A stretch of DNA of 62,597 nt, filler included, from Choristocarpus tenellus KU-1152 (lineage: Eukaryota > Protista > Phaeophyceae), in NCBI GenBank assembly GCA_964200185.2. It is 14 parts of 14 records of this genome, joined end to end, with 100 filler letters (N's around TTAATTAATTAA, not from the genome) between each part and the next. Parts side by side here need not be neighbours in the genome. Positions count along the whole stretch, not along the records: positions 1 to 8,073 come from CAXNAD020005194.1; positions 8,174 to 12,014 come from CAXNAD020017626.1; 12 more parts are not named here. The stretch is one strand, 5' to 3'. Under the pieces are notes generated by a model that ran no database searches, had not been told where the DNA came from, and was given only the letters and a program-made list of their open reading frames with translations. Position numbers and translations under genes: made by a program. Position 1 is the first letter of the stretch. Each line of letters begins with the position of its first letter. This document shows, in pieces, positions 1-12,014 of the stretch.

Positions 1-2851
1 CCTCGGCCCCATGCCACCCTTCCCCCCCTCCCCCCCCTGCCTCCTTTTTCTATTGCTACCCTTACCCCCACCCCCACCTTGCTGGTCCTTCTCATTTCCA
101 TTACCATCTGCCCCTCCAACAGAGTCTGTTGGGGGTCCAAAACGCTCTGCACGCTTTGCACGCTTAATTGCATCTTCCTCCTCCTTGCTCACAAATCCAA
201 ACTTTTTCTGCCGGAAGACCTTCTTGGCCTCCTGGCAGGAGGAGGAAGATCAGTCAGAAAGGTGAAAAATTAACTGGCTAGGAGAAGAAATTTATCACAA
301 TAGGCAGTATAGTTCAGTAGTACACCTACACCAATAGTGCCCCCTAATTTGGGGAGAAAAATAACCCAAAGCAATTAATGCACTACCTCTTGGTTTGCTA
401 ATCTTTTGACGTTTTTGTTTTCTGACAGAGGAAGTCTACTAGCATATTACTCATTCAAACCTGCTGACTTGGGAAAACTTGAAACAACCCAAAAAGTACT
501 ACTCTAGGGAAGATAATATGAGCAACCTGACCCTAAGCATCCAAATCAGTGAGGTTTATGGACAAGGACCAAGCGGAAGGAAAAATCTACTCCAAACACC
601 ACATACTACCTGCCCGGCAGATGGCGCGCTTATCCTTACATAGTACAGATATAGATACATGGTATATTAATAGATACACAAAAAGGTTCCCTTGCACAGA
701 CAAAATGCACACCTCCTTCTCCTTCTTCGCATCCTTGTCCTCAGTGCCAAATCGCTCCATCCGCATCTTCCGCTTATCAACCTCCAGTTGATCTGGGACT
801 CCCTTCACGGTACCCTGCATAGGTCCAAGCAGGAGAGCAAACATGTACATAAATTTGCATGTATCAGGAACTGTAATGCTCAGGATCGGACCTCCTTTGG
901 ACTTTAAATCAATGAAAACTAGCCATAGTGTGGTGTTCATAGTACATCTGTACCATCCTGGACTCTGCTTCTCAGTCCACACATAGTCATCAAGAAAACA
1001 GATGGCTTGGCAGGTAACTCCTCCTCATACATTCCCTAAACAGCATCAGCTGTCCAATACGTGCAGTTAAATGTGTGCATGTATGGTCATTTATTCTCAC
1101 ACAGCTACGAACTAACAAATGTATGTTGACTTGAAGCTGCAATAAGAATAAAAACCTCACCAGGAGTTGAGGAAACAGGGAATGGCTTCATTGATCAATC
1201 AACAAACGCCATACACATAAACACACACACATTTTTTCCCACAGGACCAAATTTTGCCAACCGACGAGCCATCTTGTCCTCATCCACACCAGACACAATG
1301 CCGAAGCGCTCCTTCCGCTTTGCCATCTTTGCTTCCTTTGTGGCAGGGGCTATTGCACCAAACCTCTCAACGCGTCGGGCGATCCTTGTGGCATCCAACG
1401 GGTCCTTGGCCACTGTGGCTTCCTCTGCTTTAGTATTCTCCGCTACAACCTCTGCAGTAGTGGTACCCTCCCCATCCTGAGGCACCAGCACCACAGTAGT
1501 TGGGTTTCAACTAATAATAAGTAGCAATGGACTTGACCTACCGCAAGATATGTGTGGGGCAACCCCTGTGCAGATCTTGTTCAATGTGATCTTCAAGGTC
1601 AGACACACATCTTTCTTTTTCAGAGAATAATCACAGGTGTGAGATACTAAGGTCACGGTATATCTATGTGAGAGGTTCACACACTCCAGGATATCTGCTG
1701 TATCACAAATTATTGTTACCCATCCAATCTGGTATCAATCAACTGTCCATATCCTTTTCTCCAGCCTCAGAGAGAACATCCCTCACTTGTCTACCCTAAG
1801 CAAGGTATCAAATTGTCACCCCCCATCTCCTCCACCACCGGGGAGAACTACCACTTTTCAACCCTACCTGACGTTAAATGTATCGGTATTACAGACAGAA
1901 GCGTTTACTTCAATGGAGGATAAGCACCAGGGATGAGAAACAAAGGAATATGAACAGTCCACTCCTTTTTGTTACAAACTCACAGTAAGCCAGCATCATT
2001 AAACAAACAACTTTTAAGAATACAACATTGACTAAATAACAATTTTCCCACACCTCTTTCGCTGGCTTCGACTCAGTTGGCAACTCCAACGCCTCACTCT
2101 TGGCGTTGGTATCATCCACATCAGCTGCGGGAACACCCTGTTCCTGAAAGTCAAAGAGAAAAATGATGGAGTCAGCTTCCTTGATTCCGATTGTAATGGG
2201 CACGTACACAATGATCGCCACATGTGGAAGGCATCTAGTCGCCATAATTTCACAAGATTCGCTCTAGCAGGCCCCTGTTTCTCAGGCTCAGTGCAAGCCC
2301 ATCGTTATAGCAACATCGACGAGGAATCCTTCATAGAGCTAGAAAAGTCTTACAAGGCTACCAGGAACGAACCGCGGGCCCAGTAGCCATTTCCACAACG
2401 GAAGCACCGTTTACTGCAGTTGTGCCTGCTGCGCTCATCCCATACTCTTCCATGTCAAATTCCTCCATGTCTAGCGCCGCCTGGAGGCGCTGAACAAGGT
2501 CAGCTTTGTTTCCCTTTTCATCCAAGTTCCTTTTGCCTAACTCGACCTTTAGCTCCGCCACCTTAATTTGGAATGGGGTTAGGTAGTGGGTGAATTTGAG
2601 ACCGTTGGGACAATGTAGGGGTTGGGGTGACCAAGTGTATTTCTTGGACTCTGGTAAGATCACAGATTCACAATTTCAACGATGAACGAGGCTGATCTCA
2701 CCCCACCGACAAACCAAAACTAAAGAAGGCTGACTGTTCGTAGATCAATGGCAATCCAAACGGGGGGACGAATATTGTGTGTCCTGTCTCGATTAAGAGT
2801 AGGATGACCACACAGCCTGACCTTCATCTTAGACACATTGAGTTCGGACAT
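1..2851 (-). CDS. SARNP: SAP-domain mRNA export factor SARNP/CIP29/Tho1/MOS11 (3' end runs off the window)
   Basis: Phase-0 GT-AG exons 2851-2822 (MSELNVSKMK), 2561-2373 (VAELKVELGKRNLDEKGNKADLVQRLQAAL, SAP domain), 2143-2054, 1476-1231, 814-713, 231-<1. Repeated RxxRFG-type motifs typical of the Tho1/MOS11 C-terminus. Confidence 0.9.
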
Positions 2852-3043
2852 TGTGGTGGGCGCGCGGATTCCCCAAATAGATGGGCTTGGTGGAGCAAGG
2901 TAGATACCCCCCTGTCAATGCTGTAAATTGAGAACAGGCACACAGGTATAAACCAAGTCTAAGTGGGACTCGCTATAGTACTGGACTTGTATAATCCCAA
3001 TCGTGCGCTTGGAGGCGGCGAGCGGAATGGTGAATGGAATTGA

Positions 3044-4389
3044 ATGTCGAAGGTGGACAAATCCGTTTGCACTACTGAAACTGCGAATGCCATCATAGGT
3101 AACCGCTTCCGGCCTCTTCCCATTCGAGAAGAAGGATGTCAAATGGAAACACTGCTAAGGATGGGAGGCTTGCCAGGTCATCGCAGCAGCAGGTGCGCGG
3201 AAACCGCTAGGGTTGACCATGAACTCGTGCCTTATATGTACAGTACTTTCATCGCACAACACTGTGTTTGCTCACTTGTACCATGACAGGGCTTTTCCAG
3301 ACCGGAGTTTGGGCGTTCAAGTATTCCTGGAGCGCCCCTTCGCGGTAGTGATGAATACTACCAGTCTGGTAGCTCCTATCAAAATGTTCCCGATCGACCA
3401 GGTATAAATACAGCGGGGTGTCATTGTTTTTGCAAGGCAGCGCTGGTGAATAGGCTGCCAACATTACGCCTGGCAATCGTCTGAGAAGTTGAATCTCGGC
3501 GTTGTACGGCATCTTGGATTTAGTGCTAAGGTTTACCGTTTGTTTTTGACCTTGGTGGACTACATTTGCTTGCTTTGGATATAGGATGAACTTCTTCAAA
3601 CCTTTGCATCTGTTTTTTTTGCGAGAAGATTACAGCTGTTGTGTCTCGGCCGTTAACTTCACCTTCCATAGCTTCCGGTCGTGTAAATGCGTGGCACTTG
3701 TAATCTGCAAAGAGAAGTTGAGAGTATTATTGTCAGGTCGTCTTTTTTATTTGTCCTTGTTTGCAATCGTAGGGTGGCAACTTCGACTTGAGAATAGATA
3801 TTACAATTGTGCACATGTTTTCTGTTCTAAATTTTTCTGTCAAGGGTATTTAGCGCTCCAACTTAACATCGCCGCATGCTTCGCAGTATGGTACGGAGAC
3901 CAGTCGAAGGTGCACGCATTTTTTTCAACCCCACTACGGGCTTTAGGATCGACTTGGAAGCCTTCTAATGTGTTGGGGTTGGACACACTTCTCGTCCATA
4001 TTGTGCAGATTAGTATAATTGCGGACAACATCAGGTACCACTCATTTTCTCACAATGAGGATGTAGGGCGTCCTGCCCTCCATAGCTCCATATATAGTAT
4101 TTGCTGCTTCTTGGAAACCATACCCCCAACCCTGCCCACTGCTAACTATCGCACACCCTACACCTGCTAAAAATCTCAAGCAGCACCAGGCACCATACCA
4201 ATGGCATTTGGAGCAACGCTTAACCCACCAGCAGTTCATGTCTCCAGCGTTTTTGTGGGTGAGTACAAGGCTGCATACAGATACGTTTCGTCGAAATATT
4301 TCCGAATTCACTGTCCTTACAACTTCATACTTTCATTTTGCACGGATATGATGGGGACCCTGGCATATCCACAAGACTGGGCTGTCTAA
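3044..4389 (+). CDS. Candidate compact multi-exon gene of unknown function, divergent from SARNP
   Basis: ATG at 3044 followed by several exon-like segments with plausible splice sites (e.g. ..GHRSSR|AFPDRSLGVQVFLERP.., ISIIADNIR|YVSSKYFRIHCPYNF..*). Not all phases reconcile and no domain was recognised. Confidence 0.3.
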
Positions 4390-4449
4390 CTTTAAGCTTT
4401 CCACAGTGAATGAAAAAAGGCTATTGAACTTGTATGTACCATTGAAGTC

Positions 4450-6450
4450 ATCAATTGAGTGAGAATAGTCATTTAGGAACTTACGATTATCGGCATGTCC
4501 AATCTTATATTGTTGCTGCCATCAAACCATTGATGCACATTTCTCATTGCCATTGGTTTTGACCCCTTCTCCCACCAGCCTTCCCTCCTCACATGCCCAA
4601 ATTGTGTTTTGTCCAACCTGAATCCTTTTTTTCCAGGGGGGCATGAGCGAGAACTATTTTCCTGCCATCGCCTGTCAAAGGCACTTCGCATCATTGCAAT
4701 CCTGGATGCTATTGTAGTGTTGGGGGGTTCGTTCTTCTTTTTGTGAGTGACTAGCCAAGAAGTTTGCAAAGGAGGCCGAGATGTAGACCAGTCCTGCAAT
4801 TGAGTTGCCTGGGTGCATGAGCTGCACAAGATAGCAACAATGCGTGGTGTTGTGATGCAGGATTGGTCTAGAGAGAGGAAGTAGGGACAAACATAATGAC
4901 TAATGTAACCCATCCCCATTGCCACATCACACAGTTTTCGTCATGAACATCAGAGTGTGTTTTCACTTTGCTGTCTGGGGGAGTTAGTTGGCAAATTTTG
5001 TGGGATGTTACCTCAGATGTCCTGTCACAGATGTTCAGGGTCACAACCCAACAACTCGTGTTTCCCCCGAGTGCACCTCCCCTTCCTGACCCTTATTTCC
5101 CTTATTTGGTCAGGCCCTTGATCTTGATGATGTGGGGACCAATTTCTGGGTACTTGGCATCGTCGTTTCAGTTGAGAGCTACCAAGGCCTTCCTGTTTTA
5201 TTATCTTCTGAGGGTTGGGTGGGACATCGGGTGGCTTGTCAGCGGAAGCATCACATCGTGAGTCCTGTTTTGAGAAATGACACATGCTCTTCCGGTATTC
5301 GCTTACATTTATCAGTACACATTCTAAATTGCTCTGCGGGGAAGGAAGGAAGTAGTGTCGAGGACTTCCTTCCATTTTGAAGTTGTTTGGTTGTCTGTCT
5401 CACGAGTACCTGCTGCAACGTTGAAATGTGTTGTTATGTTATAAGATTTTTCAGGTACAATTTTGCTCGCTTTAACTCGTCATGGCTGTTGGTTTCTAGT
5501 GCCTGCTTACCCTACACCGTGTCCACATCAACTTCTTGTGTCTTTTATCCCCAAGCCTGTGAGCTAAAGGTCGGTTTCCGCCTGTGCCAGGATCGCACAG
5601 ATTTGGTATGTGGTTCGATGCACTTGTATTTCCACCCTGACTTGTGCATAACTCAACCTAAGCGAGAGTTTGCTAGTAACCAAACACGCCTCCCATACTC
5701 TGCCTGTGTGTCCTCCGACTGGAATGGGCTAAAATATTTGTGACTTTTTGTCTGGCTGGTGCAGGTTGCCAGTGTGGATATTTCTTATAGTGGATATGAT
5801 TGTGCTGAGAATCATTTACCTCTATTTCCGCATTCTAAACAAGTGCACCCCTTCAGAAGTGGAGCAGATGCGAGATCCCCGCAGCCTTTGGGGTGTTGCG
5901 TGAATCTTTTCCCTGGTGTTGATCTGGTGGAGGCTATTCCATCAGTGATGGATGAATGTCTGAGGTGAAGTATTGTCTGTGTTGTCACCACCATGGCGTA
6001 ATCAGGTCAGAGTTGGTTTTGTATGGGTATTTGGAAGTTGCACATTGAACAGATCGATGAGCAAACCTCAGAGCATCTCGAACAGAGATAGACATCACCT
6101 TGGTTATTCCTTCATAATTTAGGTGTGGAAATGTACCATATATACACACCGTATGGTGTGGTGATTAGGGCACCTTGCATATGGATGACCAAGGTCGTGG
6201 GTGCTCAAGGCGAAGGAATTTTGATATATGACAGTTACGTGTTCCAGAAGAAGATGATCTGCTTGTTCTCCCTCTTCTGTCTACATTTGTAGCAGTGGGT
6301 GTCATTCACGTACAACAGGGGACAATGTTGATTTCCATATTTTTTGTAAGTGTGCCAGAAAGCAGTTTTTCAAAGGAAATTGTGAGCCCAATGTTCGCAA
6401 TGTAGGGCAAGGCATTTTATCCTGATACCATTCAAGCTAGGGCTGGGGGA
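4450..6450 (-). mobile_element. Heavily decayed non-LTR (LINE-like) retrotransposon relic
   Basis: Minus-strand fragments with many stops: Cys/His knuckle-like segment (~6280-6360), endonuclease-like and RT-like (CPYFLSLDQ) pieces. Resemblance is weak. Confidence 0.25.
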
Positions 6451-8073
6451 TGCCCTGGTGGCAGTGGGGAAAGAAGTAACTCTCCGACTGCTTCTTATTT
6501 CAATGGGATGCCGACGTTACCTTGTCCTGGTACCAGTGTAGCTCTGACTTATCATGACGGGGTGTGGCACATGTGTGATAAGATCATGAAGTGGTTGGAT
6601 ATATCTGATAAATATATTGTTTTGTGTAGTAAGTGCACTGGGCCTCAAGTGGATTTTGTCTCAGAGTACAAGTTGATTTTTAAAGATCGAAAATACGTCA
6701 ATGAGAACTTAAGGTGCAAGTGCTGTGTGCAATTGGCACCATATCAACCAATGTACTTTGAACAGCGGCTGAGTCACCCAATCACAGTCTACCCTTAAGG
6801 AGACTGAGAGTGTTGTCCCTTGTGAGCATCATGCTTCGGCAGGCTTGATTTGGGAGGACATGCATCTTTTTGGGGGGTTGGAGTGTCTACTTTGTTGAAC
6901 CAAACATTCGCAATACACTGTTGCCTGATATCGCAGAGACCTTCACATGAGACCTATGTCATCATCTGTGATTGGTTGGATATTTCTCTGGTGCTCACGT
7001 GCAAGATGAAAGGGATCTAATGCGGTCAAGATGAAGACATGTGCACACCATACAGAATCTAAATGTGAACGTAATTTGAAGTATTTCATTATCAGTACAT
7101 CCCTATTGACTATGGCGATGCGTATACGTGTGTGGAGGACTGATACAGGTCTGCAAAACACCGCTTGCTACTGTCCAGATCTCTTTTCTTGGTAGTTGAA
7201 GTAAGAAACAGGCGGTTTTGTGTTTATATTGGAGCAAGGGACACATGTGTGAAATGCAAGCAAAACTATGAGCACAATGAGAGGTTCTTCACTCATCACA
7301 GCATGTTGTAGTCTTTATGTGTACTGCAGTATGAGGTAGAAGTGGAAATGTCCTACCCACAATGTGGAGTACAGCAAAGGATAGTGTTAACCGGTAGTCT
7401 ATGCAACAACCCCAGGTTGGGAGTGTGTATCTCTCTTTCTTTCCACACATACCATGTTCTTCCAGATGCTACCCCTCCAATGATTATAGGAATTTTCGTT
7501 TCCCATTATCAAAAATGGTGTTGGTCTCTCAAAGGCGCCCAACTTGTTCGTTACTGTAGTGACCAGTGAATAAAGTCTTGAACATTGACGCAAACATCGC
7601 ACTTTTTGGCTTCAAAGGGTAGGATATGGGAACAAGGTTAAGTATTTTTATGGACATTTCAAAAATTGTGCTGCAATGATCTGCTGGTATTATACTTCTA
7701 CTGTGAAGCCTATCTTAGGCATACTGGAAATTCATGCACAATTATTATTCACTCCACCACATCCTTCTACATATTCAGCGGAAAATACCTCAGCACAAGA
7801 TAAGTCAGTGCGGAAATCTGTGAATATCCACCCTGCCCTAATTAATTCTGTTTGCAGCTCGATTACGGAATTGTGAACACTGAGGATGGTTGTTTTGCGA
7901 AAACGTACTTAAAAAAGTACCCTGAGGTTTTTTTTTTCGCCTGTATTTGCACTTAGAAGGGTTATGACCTTTTTTTGGAAATGTTTCGGCAGTTTTGAAG
8001 GGTCCGGGGATGTTTTTGTTCAAAATTACGGTATTTTTTGTAGAGGGCATCGCTACGATTTGGAAGCGATTTC

Positions 8074-8173
8074 NNNNNNNNNNNNNNNNNNNNNNNNNNN
8101 NNNNNNNNNNNNNNNNNTTAATTAATTAANNNNNNNNNNNNNNNNNNNNNNNNNNNNNNNNNNNNNNNNNNNN
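8074..8173. other. Artificial contig linker (44N-TTAATTAATTAA-44N); same linker at 12015, 17229, 20063, 22906, 27373, 35805, 41601, 44486, 48608, 52766, 56678, 59387
   Basis: Identical 100-nt spacer containing a six-frame stop sequence, repeated 13 times. Confidence 0.99.
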
Positions 8174-10604
8174 CCCCTCCCCCTTTTAACCCTCTTTTTC
8201 TTTTTTTTTTTTATTCCCTTTTTTCCCTTGCTTTTCCCCCCCCCCCCCCCCCCCCCTCCCCTCTCTTACGACACCTACCTCCACTTGAATACCGTCCATG
8301 GGCAGGAGTATGTCCGTTCCAACCCCCTGGGAATTTCACCTGAACAATACGCTTCTGCAAAGCGTCAGAGCAATCTCACGTGATAAAATCGGACTTCCCT
8401 CTCCAGAGGTGGTGGGGGAATACATGTCAACCTTGCCACAGCCCCTACTGCTTATGGTTTGTGTGAACAGGATCTCGTACTCAAATATTTAACTTAGTAG
8501 GGGGGGGGAATTAGTACATAAGAGGTGTCAGGCGGTATTATGCCAAGAGTGGTACAAGAGCTACCATCTTCTGCCCTTTTTTTTTGCCCTTTTTTTTTTT
8601 TTGAGGAGTGTGTCATGGGGTGGTGGGGACTGGCAGTTGTGAAACTGCATAATGATACGAGCTTGAGGGAGTGGGATTGCAACAAATGACCAAGTAGGTG
8701 TCGAATGTACTTGCTGGACACCAATGTTGTTGTAACCTTTTGGACCAATCACATCCTATAGAATTGGGAGTGGTTAGTAGAAGGCAAGTTCAAGTTTATC
8801 CTTTTTTTTCGAGTGTGGTACTGCAGTAGTGTTTTCGTTTGAGTGAGGTGAACTAAGGTGTGAAAGTTGACTTACATACTTAGCTCAGGCTGGTGGAGAG
8901 ATGTGTTACATATTGCTAATTGTTGCATGTGGTTCTAGGCCCTGGTCTTGATAGTACCACTATTCACCATGTATGTACCACAGTGCCATTTGCTGCATAC
9001 TGGGGACAAGTGGTTAATGCAGTAATTCGGGGGTTCTTGATGGTGTGCTTACTGTGTTGCATTGCATTTTGGGCTTGACGCTTCCAACCTTCCTCCCCCA
9101 ACCTTGCACTGCCACACTTACAATAATTTGGTGTACGTGATGGGAACACTGTTCATACCACCAGATTGTTTGTGTTTGTATCTGTGTGTCTCTCTCTCTC
9201 TCTTTCTGTTGTTTTTGCTCCTCTCCTTTCCCCTGTTTATGCATTTTATTCCAGTTGGGGTATGTACATACTAAGAGTTCAAATGGGTGTCTCCAAGTGC
9301 CCAGTGTAATACCTTGAAATAGAATGTGAAGTACTTCATGCATCATGCTCTATCACATCACCGTTGTTGATATCATAACAGGAGATTTGGGTGAGGGGTC
9401 GTGCTTGAGTATCATTATACTACAATACAGAGTGCGTCATAGTAAGATAGTAAGCTTGTAGGGAAAATTGAATAATTAGGTATCATTTCCCCCGACAGAA
9501 TGATAGGCTATATATCACCCTGGGCCAATAGATCCTTGATGTAATCTTGGCATCACTATAACTGAGGATATATACTGTTAGTGCTGGTTGGAAGAGGAAA
9601 TGTCTTGCAGATGTTTTGACGGGGACGATGGGTTTTTCGTACTACTTCAATACTAGAACAAATTTGTTCCAGGCCTTACTATTCTGTGTGCTTGCCAACG
9701 TCCAATATCTAGATGTCACATTTGACACCATCAGGACGTAGACATTTGTTCTGGTGCCAATCTATAAAAGCGATTGATGTTACCATGCAAGCAATTATAC
9801 AGAGTTGCTAAACACCCGAATTGTAGCATAATTGTAGGTGTTACTACTAATCCGTGGAAAGTGCAACTACTAATGAGGTAAAAAATCAACACTCCTGTGC
9901 GTATTCCACCTTTTCATGTGCAGAATGTAATCTGATGCTCTTGTGTGTTGAGTGGGCCTCTGCTTGGTATGGACATGCAAGGACTACATAGCTATGGTTA
10001 TATTGTTCAACACCACAATAGAGCTGCACTTTGCGAATTGTAGCCATTGAATATCCTACCTGGTTCATTCCATGGGGAACTCAGTGATCTCTACTTAGCG
10101 CAACCAATCGTCTTGTGGTAGAAGTTTTAAGCTCGTACCATTTACTCATATCATGTCACTTGGCATTTTTTGGCACCAGGTGAACAGACACCCCTTTTTT
10201 CGGCGACAGCAAACAATTTTCCGAAACGAAAAAATTATTGAGTGCAGTTTGTCCAGAATATTATTTATTTTGTAGAAGGCACTGACGAGTAATGCCTTCG
10301 TTTTGTGTTTATAACTTTTTCTTAGCTGTCCTGAAGGTCGAGATAAAGAGAAGATCCCACAGTTAAACGCAAATTTTAGCTAGATCACCTTCTGCACAGG
10401 CAGGAAAACGACCCCCTTGACTCAGTCCACCCCTTCTACCCAAGTATAGCTCATACTGCTACCCAGCAGAGCCTCCTCCTGTCCCTTTCATCCTGGTGCT
10501 GCTGAAGCACTATGACGGAATAGTGACAGATGTTCTTTTTTGCCCAGCAGTTCTCTCGCACATACACATCATTGTTATTCCTTTCCTCGTGGTGCTGCCA
10601 GAGC

Positions 10605-11021
10605 TCAGTGGTTACTACCTAGTGAATCTTCCCCTGATCTTTTCTTCCTGGCACAGGCCCCCTTGATACCCATGCACAGCATTGCGCTCTGCAGTACCCT
10701 ATCCTGGTCATGGAAGGTCAGGAGTAGCCAAGTGAGATAATAGAGTACTTCGTTGATAGGACTATATCGTTTAACAGGAAATTTTAAGACGTCACAAAGG
10801 TAGCTGTCATGTGATTCAGAACGCAACAACAACAGCCACACCAGCAACCAGGGACAATGAACATTTTGATTTTTTTGGTTCCTCGTAACAAGGAAAATAC
10901 CAATTGGGCATAATTAAAATAATCTGTTATCAATTTCATCATCAACAGCATCTGCATCACATATGTAGTCACTCACCTCCATGCTGTTGCTCCAACTAAT
11001 CACTTCTAATATAGTTCTTTC
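10605..11021 (-). CDS. Last two exons of an unidentified gene (ERTILEVISWSNSME|DRVLQSAML...GSNH*)
   Basis: Exons 11021-10977 (cag| ... |gtgagt) and 10703-10605, joined in phase 0. Confidence 0.45.
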
Positions 11022-11514
11022 CTGTAGGACAGGGGGTGATTCATGCATTTCCTTTTGTTTACAAGACTTGAAGCAGCGCTAGAGGAACTTAGTGCCGGAT
11101 ACAAAGCTGGATATAGTGGTCTATCCTGAGTGCCCATGTCATACCAAGTTATATGGCAAAAACCTCGAGTAGCTCATCCTTCAGCATACAAATCTTCAGG
11201 TTAAGTGGTATGCCAGGTGGTCGGTCACGTGGTTCATTTACTACTATACTTGATTAAGCACCCCTATGTCCATTGGATACGATTATGGATCTCCATGGTG
11301 ATACCAATATCTTCATTGATTGAGTCTCTGAGAAAAGCTTGTTGGTCTCGTTTTACCTTTACCCTGCAACCTTGATCTGAATTTCGTCTCCTGGCTCACA
11401 TGGGGATCTGGTGGGACATTGTCTCGGTTTTTTTCTCCAGCATGGTCCAAATGATTTGCTTTCGCGCACAGTTATGATCATGGTCATCATCTTGACCAAG
11501 CTTTCTCTTCAGTC

Positions 11515-11947
11515 TGTTGAGAAGCTTGGTGATGTAAAGGCTCGTCGCCGAACACTAGTAGTTGAGTTACATGGTAAAACATATACTGAATCTTAATGGT
11601 CCACTGGGTGCCCAACATCACTAGTATTGACCCACCATACCGTACCACTCGTATTGGCCCATTGTCTCACCATACCGCTATGCACGTTACTGCTTTGTAT
11701 TGTACCGAACCAAAGATAAACATACATGAAACCTGTTATATACTTGTATCAGCACAGAAAACATAAGGATAACACTAGGTTATTCGACATCCTCCCCTTG
11801 CTGAAAACAAGTTTTAACTCTCAAACAATCACAAAACAAAATACAACACACAAGTTATCTTACATGTTCATTAAAAACTTCACATGCTGTCTAAAACCTC
11901 GAACTGGCAAATTCTTGGTCAATACCTCTGCCCTCTGATTTGCAGTA
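11515..11947 (-). mobile_element. 3' end of Ty1/copia element: RNase H C-terminus, PPT and 3' LTR (11515-11789)
   Basis: Translation NQRAEVLTKNLPVRGFRQHVKFLMNM* (copia ADxLTK motif). PPT CAAGGGGAGGA lies directly before a TGTCG...CAACA LTR homologous to the LTR at 58183-58450. Confidence 0.85.
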
Positions 11948-12014
11948 GAGTGAAAGTATCTTAGAGGGTACGAGTTTTTCCCTGTTTGTCCATTTGGGAC
12001 TTGGCTTCCCACGG
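11948..12014. mobile_element. MITE family A, partial (contig end), inserted in copia RNase H
   Basis: TIR GAGTGAAAGTATCTTAGAGGGTA followed by GTCCATTTGG. Confidence 0.85.

Noticed and set aside
3249-3599. 116-aa minus ORF as a viral gene
   Set aside because: No motif support; + strand splice signals explain the region better.
8118-8129. Recurring TTAATTAATTAA palindrome within N runs
   Set aside because: Artificial six-frame-stop contig linker, not biological.
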